From contig JBAZKN010000003.1 of the NCBI GenBank assembly GCA_041650755.1, positions 18,060-82,059 on the forward strand: a DNA stretch of 64,000 bases. Reading direction: 5' to 3'. The position numbers and the translations under genes are program-made. Below, one piece after another: positions 28,346-37,836 of the stretch. Position 1 is the first letter of the stretch; each line of letters opens with the position of its first letter. The DNA comes from Patescibacteria group bacterium (lineage in GTDB: Bacteria > Patescibacteriota > Patescibacteriia > UBA1558 > GWA2-36-10). The notes beneath the pieces are model-generated. The model made no database searches. It was not told the origin of the DNA and saw nothing but the letters and a program-made list of their open reading frames with translations.

Positions 28346-29680
28346 TCATTGCTCGACAACATTGATCGCGAAGAATTTGAGCTTACCAACTCGCAGCTTA
28401 CACGTTTCCGTGATTGATGCAGAGGAGGCGAGAATTGATTCTCCGGAGTCCGATATCAACCGAACCGCGTTCTGATCGAAGAGTCGGCGCAACTCCCCTT
28501 TGCTTTTGAAATGACCAGAGTTAACGAGTAAGTCAAGTAAGTTTTGGCCGCTACTGGCCGTTAGGGGAATGCAGTCCGCGTCCGTGACGATCCGTTTGGA
28601 GAACTTCCGCTCAAAGTTCTCTCGTTCCTGGAGACCCGCTGCGAGGTCTTTGGCTTCGAGCGCAACCAGGAACGTCGCCAATTGCTTTTTCGCTTCCATC
28701 GGATCAGAGTCGATTAGCTGTTTGAGCGCCTCGACCTCACGTTCGTGGACATCGGCGAAACTGCAGAAGTACTGGAAGATGAGCTGGTCGGGGATTGACA
28801 TGATTTTGCCGAACTTGTCTTCCAAACTGGCGTTGACGGGTACGGTGTTGCCGAAACTCTTGCTCATCTTACGGCCTGCTCCGTCCGTGCCTTCGAGCAA
28901 CGGGACCATCAGTGCAACTTCTTCCTCTATTCCTTTTTCCTGCATGATCTTGCGACATTGCTGGAAGTTGAGAAGCTGATCGATGCCTCCGATCTCGACG
29001 TCGGTTGACAGTTGGACTGAATCAATTCCCATCAACACGCCGTAGCACACTTCCGCCAGAGAAACACCCTGTTCGTTTCTCATCCTCTTGCGGAAGTCTT
29101 CCCTCTGCATCGCCTCGGTCAGGTTGATCCGTTGAAACACTGCGAATACATCTCGCAGCGTCATGGGGTTTAACCACTCCGAGTTGCGGTGAAGATGGAG
29201 CCGTGACAGGTCAATGTACCTGCCGATCTGGTCCTGGTAGGTTCGCATGTTTTCGACGATTTGTTCATTGGTGAGCGGTACCCGACCCGTATCTCGTTCG
29301 GTCGGATCACCAATGATCGCGGTGAAGTCACCAATGATAAAATCAATGTGGTGACCCGCCTTAGCGAATTGGTTGAGGAGCATAATCGGCACGATATGAC
29401 CCAGGTGGATGTTTGAAGCGGTTGGGTCAATGCCAAACTTCACTCGCAGCTTTCTGCCTGCTTCCAGGAGACGCTGCAGCTTGCCCGCGGTAATGATTTC
29501 CTGACACTTGGGGTACAGGAAACCGACTAGCTCGCTGGCATTCATTCCTTCCCACGACTCGCTGATGCGTGGGAAAAACTGCTGGTCGAACCTAGTTTTG
29601 GTATTCATGGTTCCTGTTCCCTTCTGTGACTGTTGTTGAATGTTCAAAGCTACCCAATGTAGCATTGTATTGTATATCAA
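28346..29680 (-). CDS. tyrS: tyrosine--tRNA ligase, second GC-rich paralog
   Basis: HLGH, KMSKS, S4-like C-terminus; clearly homologous to 25365..26567 (for example LRVKFGIDPTASNIHLGH versus LRVKLGIDPTSPNIHIGR) but very different codon/GC usage; probable start MNTKTRF at 29608. Confidence 0.8.
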   Translation of the reverse strand: MIYNTMLHWVALNIQQQSQKGTGTMNTKTRFDQQFFPRISESWEGMNASELVGFLYPKCQEIITAGKLQRLLEAGRKLRVKFGIDPTASNIHLGHIVPIMLLNQFAKAGHHIDFIIGDFTAIIGDPTERDTGRVPLTNEQIVENMRTYQDQIGRYIDLSRLHLHRNSEWLNPMTLRDVFAVFQRINLTEAMQREDFRKRMRNEQGVSLAEVCYGVLMGIDSVQLSTDVEIGGIDQLLNFQQCRKIMQEKGIEEEVALMVPLLEGTDGAGRKMSKSFGNTVPVNASLEDKFGKIMSIPDQLIFQYFCSFADVHEREVEALKQLIDSDPMEAKKQLATFLVALEAKDLAAGLQERENFERKFSKRIVTDADCIPLTASSGQNLLDLLVNSGHFKSKGELRRLFDQNAVRLISDSGESILASSASITETCKLRVGKLKFFAINVVEQ

Positions 29681-29884
29681 ATTATGATATTTGTCAAGGA
29701 GTTTTTTGCTTATTATAGGTATAAATTTTTTTAATTACCATTGACAAAAATGGCTTTATTGTTCTAAAGTTAATCAGATCAGTCGATTCGTAAATGGCTG
29801 GTTACAATGTTTTCATGCTCCTTACAACTGGAGTAAGGTGAAATTATAGAGCTATATGAGTCAAACACCAAGGAGAAAACAGCG

Positions 29885-30766
29885 ATGAACACTCTGCAAA
29901 TAAAAGCAGTGGCATATAAGAGCAAGTATTATTACCAGGGACTCGATTACCTTGCAAGGAATCACCCGGATAATTCTCATTTGCTCTCGTGCTACGAAGG
30001 AACCAGTTTCAGGGATTTGGCTAGGCACGTGACGTTCGACAAAACCGGCAAAGTTCTGAAGTTGAACGGATATCTGGCAAGACCGCGCCGATTCGTTTTG
30101 ATTGCGGCTGATGAAAGAATCGCTGGTGTCATGGTTACAATTTCTTTGCCCGAGTTTTACAAAGAGATTGACTATGAAGACTACGCCGTGATCGACACCC
30201 AGACCATTTCTGGATATGAAAGATTTTTGGATCATCTGTCTTTCGGCGGACGGGCGGAAATCGTGACCTTTGATGCAAATCAGGTCAAGTCGGTGAAATC
30301 AAGATTTCCCATCAGGGGAATTCACCACTGGACTGTTTTTGCTTCTCAAGGAAAAACTTCGACTCGTTCTGTCAACGCTGTCTTGATGGACAGAGGTGAT
30401 CTGAAAATCGCTAGAGAGTTGGCACAACAAGTGCCGGAAGAATCGTCGCCGTTTCGTTTGTTGATGTTTCAACTCAGAGGGTTGCCGTACAGAAACTACG
30501 CCTTTAGCTACAACGGCAGACCAGCGGTTTTTGTGGGTATTTGCCCTTACAGTCGGGGAGTCTACCAGGTCAATTACTTCATAAGACTTTCCGGCAGTAC
30601 CGCTTTCTCGCTCGCTGCTTTAGAGTCCATAAGTAGATTAGTCAAAACCGAAAGGTGCAGATTAATCTGGCGATTGAGAAAGAAAGAAGTATTGAAGAAC
30701 AAAGTTCTGATTGCGAGATCGAGCTTTGGGAAGTTGACCGATGAACAGCATTTGCATTTGAAATAG
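29885..30766 (+). CDS. hypothetical protein (GC-rich islet)
   Basis: 293 aa; AGGAG RBS 8 nt upstream; no motif recognised. Confidence 0.35.
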   Translation: MNTLQIKAVAYKSKYYYQGLDYLARNHPDNSHLLSCYEGTSFRDLARHVTFDKTGKVLKLNGYLARPRRFVLIAADERIAGVMVTISLPEFYKEIDYEDYAVIDTQTISGYERFLDHLSFGGRAEIVTFDANQVKSVKSRFPIRGIHHWTVFASQGKTSTRSVNAVLMDRGDLKIARELAQQVPEESSPFRLLMFQLRGLPYRNYAFSYNGRPAVFVGICPYSRGVYQVNYFIRLSGSTAFSLAALESISRLVKTERCRLIWRLRKKEVLKNKVLIARSSFGKLTDEQHLHLK

Positions 30767-30812
30767 CCTTTGTTCCACACTGACTAGACGGTGTAGTTGG
30801 AATAAGGTAAAT

Positions 30813-32405
30813 TTGAATGCATCACAAGCCCAACACCAAGGAGGAATAGCGATGAAAGGTCGTATAACGTTGATTAGTCCGAACACGCCAGGTTCGTACC
30901 GTTCCGCGAAAATCAATGATGAAAACCTCGCCCTTGGTTATTTGGCAGCCGTGCTTGATATGCATGGTTATGAGGTAGAAATTGTTGATGCGCGGATGAG
31001 TCAGCTCTCCCCAGAACTAGCAGCAGAGCAGATTCAGAGATTTCAGCCCTTCTTTCTCGGTATTTCTACGATTTCCGAGGAGTCAGTGCCGTGGATTGAG
31101 GCATTGTGGGCGTTGCTCGGTTCGCCGAGCTATCTGAAACACGTCTGCATGGGTGGCTATTATCCATCCCTGCAACCGGAGACAGTGTTGCACCGATTGC
31201 CTTTCGTTGACTCGGTCGCCAGAGGAGAAGGCGAAATTACTGTCGTGGAGTTGACTGAAAAAGTTAGGCTCGGCGAATGTTGGGATAATGTCATGGGGAT
31301 TGCCAGAAGATTAGCTGACGGATCCGTCGCAATGAATCCGCGTCAGGCCGTCATCGCCAATCTTGATTCCTTGCCTTTCCCGAAACGTTATGCCAACAGC
31401 AACGGCACGGAGATCGTCATCGAGGGGGCCCGAGGATGTTTTGGCCGGTGTTCTTTTTGTGCCGTAGGTCCCCACTTCGAAGCGGGTTGCAAACTCGCCT
31501 GGAGGGGTCGTTCACCAGAGCACATCATTGCGGAGATAATCGAGCTTCGTCAATTGTTCCCCGGTAATTTCCGATACCGCTTCATTGACCCTGACTTTTT
31601 CGGATCAGCATCTCGAGTTCACTCGGATAGGATTGAAAGAATTGCTACCCTCGTCCGCGAGAAAGTCCCTGGGATTGAGCTCTACGTTGAAGCGCGAGTA
31701 ACCGACATTTGCCGAAAAGACATCTTGGAGTCCTTGAAACAAGCTGGGCTTAAAGAGGTCTATCTCGGCATTGAATCGGGTAGCAATAAGATCCTTGCCC
31801 TTATGGGTAAGTGCGCTTCGGCGGCTGATGCAATCAGGGCGACGAGCCTTCTCGAGGCAGTGGGGATTAACTATCAGTATGGTCATATGATGGTTACTCC
31901 TTGGACCGAATACCAAGACGTGCTCGACAGTCTAGCTCTTCTGCGAGTAATTGGCAGAGTGCAATTTGATAAGTTGTTTAACGAGCTCTATTTGATTCCC
32001 GGGACCAAACTCGTGGATCAAGTAGGGAGCGAACATCAACTTGTCAGAGAGGAGGGCACAGGGTACTACTTCTACGAGGCCAATCAGTTGGTCAGAAACA
32101 TCCGCGCCATTGGCGTTGCCTTTGAAACAGTATACAAATCGTTCTCTGAAAGCCTTTGGTATTTATACAAAGACGTTCAGCGGCACGAGCAGTGTAATGT
32201 TAAAGGGGCGACAGCCATTCAACGCGAGTTAAGCGGTTGGTTCATTGCCGCCTTCGAGTTTTGTTTAGAGAGAAGCAAGGATAAACCACTTAGCACTTCG
32301 CAAGTGCACGGCATCGTGGAAGAAGCGATCGCTCGCTTCCAAGCAGTCTTTGAGACAATCCGGGAAAAGTTGGATCAGGACATCACCTTCCCCAGAATGA
32401 TTTAG
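30813..32405 (+). CDS. B12-binding-domain radical SAM protein (class B rSAM)
   Basis: CFGRCSFC (CxxxCxxC) at about aa 210, preceded by an N-terminal cobalamin-binding-like Rossmann domain; probable start MKGRITL at 30852 with AAGGAGG RBS. Confidence 0.75.
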   Translation: MNASQAQHQGGIAMKGRITLISPNTPGSYRSAKINDENLALGYLAAVLDMHGYEVEIVDARMSQLSPELAAEQIQRFQPFFLGISTISEESVPWIEALWALLGSPSYLKHVCMGGYYPSLQPETVLHRLPFVDSVARGEGEITVVELTEKVRLGECWDNVMGIARRLADGSVAMNPRQAVIANLDSLPFPKRYANSNGTEIVIEGARGCFGRCSFCAVGPHFEAGCKLAWRGRSPEHIIAEIIELRQLFPGNFRYRFIDPDFFGSASRVHSDRIERIATLVREKVPGIELYVEARVTDICRKDILESLKQAGLKEVYLGIESGSNKILALMGKCASAADAIRATSLLEAVGINYQYGHMMVTPWTEYQDVLDSLALLRVIGRVQFDKLFNELYLIPGTKLVDQVGSEHQLVREEGTGYYFYEANQLVRNIRAIGVAFETVYKSFSESLWYLYKDVQRHEQCNVKGATAIQRELSGWFIAAFEFCLERSKDKPLSTSQVHGIVEEAIARFQAVFETIREKLDQDITFPRMI

Positions 32406-32408
32406 TCA

Positions 32409-32447
32409 GGCCTCTTTGTTATTTCACGATAACGAGAGGCTTTTTTT
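32409..32447 (+). terminator. rho-independent terminator after the B12-rSAM gene
   Basis: GGCCTCT..AGAGGC stem followed by TTTTTTT. Confidence 0.6.
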
Positions 32448-32505
32448 CATAAATTCATAACATGCTATAATAATTCAGTATAGTCAAATGAGACACGCCC
32501 CTTTT

Positions 32506-32643
32506 TGTGTCCCACTTCGAAAAACCTCAATTTTATTGGCTAATGTGATAAAATATCGTTAAAATGTGACACTTCAAAAAACCCTTTAATAGTGTTGCAT
32601 TTGTCTCATTTTTCCTTTTTATACTGTTGCATTCATCTCATTT
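32506..32643. repeat. two pairs of ~20-bp direct repeats in intergenic region (possible operator sites)
   Basis: TGTGTCCCACTTCGAAAAACC / ATGTGACACTTCAAAAAACC, and TGTTGCATTTGTCTCATTT / TGTTGCATTCATCTCATTT. Confidence 0.4.
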
Positions 32644-32714
32644 ACCCCGACCTATGTGGCTCAAATCCCGTTATGGTAAAATAGCTAAATAACCCTTATA
32701 ATACCTTATATACT

Positions 32715-33335
32715 TTGGCACCCAACAATAGTGGCCTGGACAGATTTTGGTCTTTACTAGGGCTCAACATTGTCAATTCCCTTATAGGCTACTTTTTCCT
32801 AGTCATGGTCATCAAACCCCTGGTAGAGATAGCCGCTCTCAACACCAATTTGCCTTATTACTTTTTGATCACGGTGGTCATATTTTTCCTGCTCATACCC
32901 ATAGTAATAGCCATCTCTTTTGCTACCCGCTATGGCGTAGGCTACGTCATGATTTATAAACAACCATTCAAAACAGCTTTTAATAACGGCTGGGAATTAT
33001 TCAGGATAAATTGGCTGATCACTGTCGAGAGCGCTCTAGCCATCATGCTAACCACTATATTATATTTCATTATTATGTTTGCGGTGGTGGCCATAGTCTT
33101 TGCCCCATTCTTGATACTAGCCTATATGCTGGCCGTGAACCTCACCATGTTCCAAGTCTTCATAGTCTTGGGCGCTATCATATCTATAATACTCCTGCTC
33201 TTGGGCACTGCTTTTTATGGCGCTTACTACAATCTCCTTTGGTCATACATTTTCTTGCGTCTGACCAGTCGCACGCCCAGCTACAGCAAAATACATCGTC
33301 TAGCTCACAAACATCTGCCCTCACTGGCGCGCTAG
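32715..33335 (+). CDS. polytopic membrane protein, hypothetical
   Basis: 206 aa with 6 hydrophobic helices. Confidence 0.35.
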   Translation: MAPNNSGLDRFWSLLGLNIVNSLIGYFFLVMVIKPLVEIAALNTNLPYYFLITVVIFFLLIPIVIAISFATRYGVGYVMIYKQPFKTAFNNGWELFRINWLITVESALAIMLTTILYFIIMFAVVAIVFAPFLILAYMLAVNLTMFQVFIVLGAIISIILLLLGTAFYGAYYNLLWSYIFLRLTSRTPSYSKIHRLAHKHLPSLAR

Positions 33336-33374
33336 AAAATATCATTATTCTAAGCTTTACCCTGCACTTTACTG

Positions 33375-35165
33375 GTGCAGGGTAAATTGACTTTATCTAG
33401 CGTCCTAAGTATAATTAGTGAAGAAACGCAAATAAAATATATGACTGATGCACCAAAAATAAATCCCTTCCCAGAAGAAACCAGCCAAAAACTTTCCAAT
33501 AAGTTGACTGCTTTGCAACTCAAAGAAAAAGAAAAAGAAGTGGAGGTCAAGGCCAATCAAATGAACCTGCCCTATATAAACTTGGATAAATTTCCTATCT
33601 CACAAGAGGCTCTCAAAGTAATACCGCAGGATCAAGCTGATAGTTTGCAGACTATCTGCTTTTTATACACTGGAGAAGAAATGCGTTTGGGCTCCCTCAA
33701 CCCCCAAAATCCTCAAGTTGCCAATTTAGCCAAAGAGTTGATTGACACTTACCATGTCCGACTAAAAGTGTATCTAATCTCGGAAAATAGCTTCCAGTAT
33801 GCCTTTCAAATTTATGACAAAATACCAACTATTATCCAAATTGAAGGTGTCAATATATCCGAGGAAGACTTAAATAAATTTGATGACAAGCTGACTGATT
33901 TCAGCTCTTTGAAAACCTTGATCAAGGAAACTAGTTTGACTGAAACTATCAACCTAATCATTGCTGCTGGCTTAAAATTTGCTGCCTCTGATGTGCACAT
34001 CGAAGCTGAAGAGCAAGATGTCAAAGTCAGACTGAGAATCGATGGCGTCCTCCACGACGTAGTCAGTCTAGATAAGGACTCTTGGAACAAAGTAAACTCC
34101 CGCATAAAACTACTAGCCGGACTCAAACTAAACTTGGGCAATAGGCCACAAGATGGCCGCTTTACAATCTCTCTGACTAAAGACAAGGTCGATGTTCGTG
34201 TCTCTATCATACCTTCAGTTTATGGCGAAAGTATAGTTTTGCGTCTTTTGCGGGCTTCTAGTGTCGGCCTAAAATTTGAAGACTTGGGCCTGCGTGGTAA
34301 AGCCTTTAATGATCTGGCCAACCAAATGCGCAAACCCAATGGCATGATCCTAGCTACCGGTCCGACTGGTTCTGGTAAAACTACTACCCTCTATGCCATT
34401 TTGAATAAGCTCAACCGCCCAGAGAATAAAATCATCACCCTTGAAGATCCCATTGAATACAAGCTCCCTGGCATAGTCCAGAGTCAGGTGGAAAACAAGT
34501 CAGTTGATGATAGCCGCGCAGAGTCAAACTCGGAAAAAACTAGCCACTATACTTTTGCCAAAGGCCTACGAGCCATCCTGCGCCAAGATCCGGATATTGT
34601 CATGGTTGGCGAAATCCGCGACTTGGAAACGGCAGATACGGCAATCAACGCCGCTCTGACTGGTCACTTGATGCTATCCAGCATGCATACTAATTCAGCC
34701 GCCGCTACCATACCCCGCATATTGGCTATGGGCGTGCAATCATTTTTATTGGCCCCAGCCCTCAATGCTATTATTGGTCAACGCTTGGTGAGGCGCCTCT
34801 GTGCCCATTGTAAAGTAGAAGATGATACTATTGATAATGCCAAAATGACAGACATCCTCAACTCCCTCAAGTCTATCAGTCCTGAATCCGGCCACGCCGT
34901 TGATCTGAATAATTTAAAATTTTATAAAGCAGTTGGCTGCAGTGAATGCCACAACCTCGGTTATCGTGGCCGAATCGGCATCTATGAAATTTTCACCATG
35001 TCACCGGCTATAGAAAAAAAGATACTGGCCGGCAATGTCTCTGAATATGAAATAGAGAATCTAGCTATATCAGGCGGCATGATCACTATGCTGCAGGATG
35101 GTTTACTTAAAGCCCTGGACGGCATCACCTCAGTTGACGAGGTTTGGACTAAAGTTAGAGATTAA
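33375..35165 (+). CDS. type IV pilus / type II secretion ATPase, PilB/GspE family (paralog 1)
   Basis: Walker A GPTGSGKTTT; C-terminal tetracysteine CAHC..CSEC..GYRGRIGIYE; probable start MTDAPK at 33441. Confidence 0.85.
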   Translation: MQGKLTLSSVLSIISEETQIKYMTDAPKINPFPEETSQKLSNKLTALQLKEKEKEVEVKANQMNLPYINLDKFPISQEALKVIPQDQADSLQTICFLYTGEEMRLGSLNPQNPQVANLAKELIDTYHVRLKVYLISENSFQYAFQIYDKIPTIIQIEGVNISEEDLNKFDDKLTDFSSLKTLIKETSLTETINLIIAAGLKFAASDVHIEAEEQDVKVRLRIDGVLHDVVSLDKDSWNKVNSRIKLLAGLKLNLGNRPQDGRFTISLTKDKVDVRVSIIPSVYGESIVLRLLRASSVGLKFEDLGLRGKAFNDLANQMRKPNGMILATGPTGSGKTTTLYAILNKLNRPENKIITLEDPIEYKLPGIVQSQVENKSVDDSRAESNSEKTSHYTFAKGLRAILRQDPDIVMVGEIRDLETADTAINAALTGHLMLSSMHTNSAAATIPRILAMGVQSFLLAPALNAIIGQRLVRRLCAHCKVEDDTIDNAKMTDILNSLKSISPESGHAVDLNNLKFYKAVGCSECHNLGYRGRIGIYEIFTMSPAIEKKILAGNVSEYEIENLAISGGMITMLQDGLLKALDGITSVDEVWTKVRD

Positions 35166-35212
35166 ATAAAAAAACAGTCCGACAAATTATATGGAGGGCT
35201 GTTTTTTGTTAT
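35166..35212. terminator. bidirectional terminator between convergent pilB-like and tsaE
   Basis: AAAAAACAGTCC..GGGCTGTTTTTTG imperfect hairpin flanked by A- and T-runs. Confidence 0.45.
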
Positions 35213-35635
35213 TCAACTTATCTGGATGCGACGCTGATCATTGGCAATATGATCCAAACTAACACGAATAGCATTGGCTGGCAAATTTTTTATACGATCA
35301 GCCCATTCGATTACTACCAAATTTTCTGGATCAGATAAATAGTCGCCCAGACCAATGTCATGCAAATCCTCCTGGCCTTCTAGACGATAGCAATCAACGT
35401 GGATAAAACGTTTTATTTTTTTGTATTTTAAATTATATACCTTCAACAAAACAAAAGTTGGGCTATTGATGTTATCTTTTAAGCCCAGGGCTTTGGCCAG
35501 ACCCCTGACCAGGACCGTTTTGCCGGCGCCCAGATTTCCAGACAAGGCGATCACTTCACCACCCCGCAGGTCTTTGGCTAGCTGAGCGGCAATTGATTCA
35601 GTCTCCTTAACACTCTTTGATATGTATTCAATCAT
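35213..35635 (-). CDS. tsaE: tRNA threonylcarbamoyladenosine biosynthesis protein TsaE
   Basis: P-loop SGNLGAGKT; 140 aa; adjacent to tsaD. Confidence 0.75.
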   Translation of the reverse strand: MIEYISKSVKETESIAAQLAKDLRGGEVIALSGNLGAGKTVLVRGLAKALGLKDNINSPTFVLLKVYNLKYKKIKRFIHVDCYRLEGQEDLHDIGLGDYLSDPENLVVIEWADRIKNLPANAIRVSLDHIANDQRRIQIS

Positions 35636-35655
35636 GTCTATAAATTTATTATAGT

Positions 35656-36705
35656 TTATTTTTTACTTAATTGCCAATTAGCATCCGGCTCCAAAAAAAA
35701 TAACTTTTGACCCCCCAAGCCTTTGCTAGAATGGCTGGCTAGGCGGTAATAAGCGGCCGCGGCTATCATGGCGGCGTTATCACCGGTCAAAGATTTTAGC
35801 GGCGCAAAAAAAGGCGTATCTATCTCACGGGCCGCATCAGCCAGACTGACTTGTAATCTCACATTAGCCGCTACCCCGCCAGCTAGCATTATTGACTTGG
35901 CCCGATACTTTTTGGCAGCCCCAATAGTTTTTTTGACCAAAACTTCGACAATCGCCTGCTCAAAACTGGCGCAGATATCAGCCACGTCTAACTGGCTAAT
36001 ATGCTTTTTCTTTTCTAAAATATACAGCACTGCCGTCTTTAGGCCAGATAAACTAAAATCAAAATCCTGGGTGTTTATCATCGGTCTGGGCAAAAGAAAC
36101 TTATCTGCTTGGCCACTTATAGCCCAGTGGCTGACCACTGGCCCTCCGGGATAACCGAGCGACAAAAGTTTAGCCACTTTATCAAAAGCTTCACCCACAG
36201 CATCATCTAAGGTCTGACCCAAAAGTTGATATTGACCGTGGCCGCGCATCAAAACCAATTCAGTGTGCCCACCGGAAACGACCAAAACAATGGCTGGCAA
36301 ATATTTTTCTGTATTATCTACCAAATCTTGATGCGTCAACCAATTGGAATATATGTGCCCCTCCAAATGGTTGATAGCTAGCAACGGTTTTTGAGCAGCA
36401 TAGGCCAAGGTTTTAGCTGTAGCCACTCCTAGCAGCAGAGAAGTAATCAAACCCGGCCCAACTGTCACCGCTAAATAATCAATATTTTTCAATTTATCTT
36501 TCCCTACAGCCTCATTAAGCAAGGGGATGATTGTCTGCAGATGCTTACGGGCAGCCACTTCGGGGATGACACCGCCATATTTTTTGTGAATATTTACCTG
36601 AGAATAGATGAGGTTTTTTTCCAAAACTAATCTTGAGTCGCTACCACGCAAAATGGCAATGGCTGTTTCATCACAAGAGCTTTCAATGGCTAATATTCTG
36701 GTCAT
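35656..36705 (-). CDS. tsaD: tRNA N6-adenosine threonylcarbamoyltransferase TsaD
   Basis: N-terminal ILAIESSCDETAIAIL; HLEGH metal-binding motif; Kae1/YgjD family. Confidence 0.9.
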   Translation of the reverse strand: MTRILAIESSCDETAIAILRGSDSRLVLEKNLIYSQVNIHKKYGGVIPEVAARKHLQTIIPLLNEAVGKDKLKNIDYLAVTVGPGLITSLLLGVATAKTLAYAAQKPLLAINHLEGHIYSNWLTHQDLVDNTEKYLPAIVLVVSGGHTELVLMRGHGQYQLLGQTLDDAVGEAFDKVAKLLSLGYPGGPVVSHWAISGQADKFLLPRPMINTQDFDFSLSGLKTAVLYILEKKKHISQLDVADICASFEQAIVEVLVKKTIGAAKKYRAKSIMLAGGVAANVRLQVSLADAAREIDTPFFAPLKSLTGDNAAMIAAAAYYRLASHSSKGLGGQKLFFLEPDANWQLSKK

Positions 36706-36872
36706 TTTTCTATTATAGCAGATTTATTAATTTACTGAAAAAAATGCTAGCTGTCAAGAAAATATAGTATACCACCAAGCCTTGACATTATTGTGTCATG
36801 TGTCAAAATAATCACGTTTTCTGTTCGTTTACAGCTCAAGGGACCAATCAAAACCCGAGGGGAGGTGAGGAG

Positions 36873-37211
36873 ATGAAGCGAAAAAACGCCGCATCTAAAA
36901 GTCCCCGGATCATAGAAGCTGATGATTTTGTCTCGCCCTTGGCTTCGTGCGTAGCCAGCCGGCTAAAAAGGGAGGCAGGCGACTGGGTACATGAGATACT
37001 CATCTTGCCGGCAGAAAATATAGGGCGACATGGATCCGCACACCTTTGTTTCACAGCTAGTGCTGATCGAGCCTATGTGTGCGCCTACCAGCCACTATAC
37101 GGGCAATACCAAGCTATGGTTATCAATCCTCGTTTCGGCGTGACTGCCTCTATTTTTTTACCAAAATGTAGTAGAATAATAATATGCCCAGAAGAAAATT
37201 ACAAAAAATAA
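36873..37211 (+). CDS. hypothetical protein
   Basis: ATG at 36873 preceded by strong RBS GGAGGTGAGGAG; 112 aa; locally GC-rich; 3' end overlaps trmB. Confidence 0.3.
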   Translation: MKRKNAASKSPRIIEADDFVSPLASCVASRLKREAGDWVHEILILPAENIGRHGSAHLCFTASADRAYVCAYQPLYGQYQAMVINPRFGVTASIFLPKCSRIIICPEENYKK

Positions 37212-37826
37212 AGGAATTGCACGATTTGTCTAATGTAGCCGAGATGCAAGACCTTAATTTAAAAAACAAATTGGCCGATTTTTTAAAAAATAAAAAACCG
37301 CTCACTTTAGAATTGGGTTGTGGTAAAGGAGAATATACTTTAGCACTGGCCAAAGAAAACCAAACAGAAAATTTTATTGGTATTGATATCCAGGGAGAAA
37401 GACTATGGCACGGCGCCAAAATAGCTCAAGAGCAAAAATTAAATAATGTCTTTTTTTTTGCGCTTGCCCATAGAAAATATAAATCAATTCTTCGCGCCCA
37501 CCAGCATAAGTACAATTTGGTTGACTTTCCCCGATCCCCAGCCGCGCCAAGGTGATGCCAACAAGCGCTTGACTGGCCCTGATTTTTTGGCTAAATATAA
37601 AAAAATACTGGCTACCGGCGGCCAGCTAAACCTTAAAACCGATGATCAAACTTTCTTTGCATACTCCCTTGACTCCATCGCCTTTAGCGGCGGAATAATC
37701 CTGCAGAAAAAAATAATCGACCCCCTAAATGAGGCCGATCAACGGCTATTAATCAGCACCTTTTATGAGCAACTGCACCTTCGGGCTGGAAAAAATATCT
37801 ACTATCTACAAGCTAAATTTATCTGA
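37184..37826 (+). pseudogene. trmB: tRNA (guanine-N7)-methyltransferase TrmB, reading frame interrupted at a T9 tract
   Basis: ORF 37184..37555 has the SAM-binding N-terminus (LELGCGKGEY); ORF 37446..37826 in another frame carries FPDPQP (equivalent of FPDPWPK) and the C-terminus; switch at the T9 run 37451-37459. Confidence 0.65.
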
Positions 37827-37836
37827 CCACCAATCC

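Noticed and set aside
36798-37150. GC-rich stretch between tsaD and trmB considered as a structured ncRNA (RNase P/tmRNA/SRP-like)
   Set aside because: No conserved RNase P (GGAAAGTCCGG), tmRNA or SRP motifs; instead a strong RBS (GGAGGTGAGGAG) precedes an in-frame ATG at 36873 giving a 112-aa ORF
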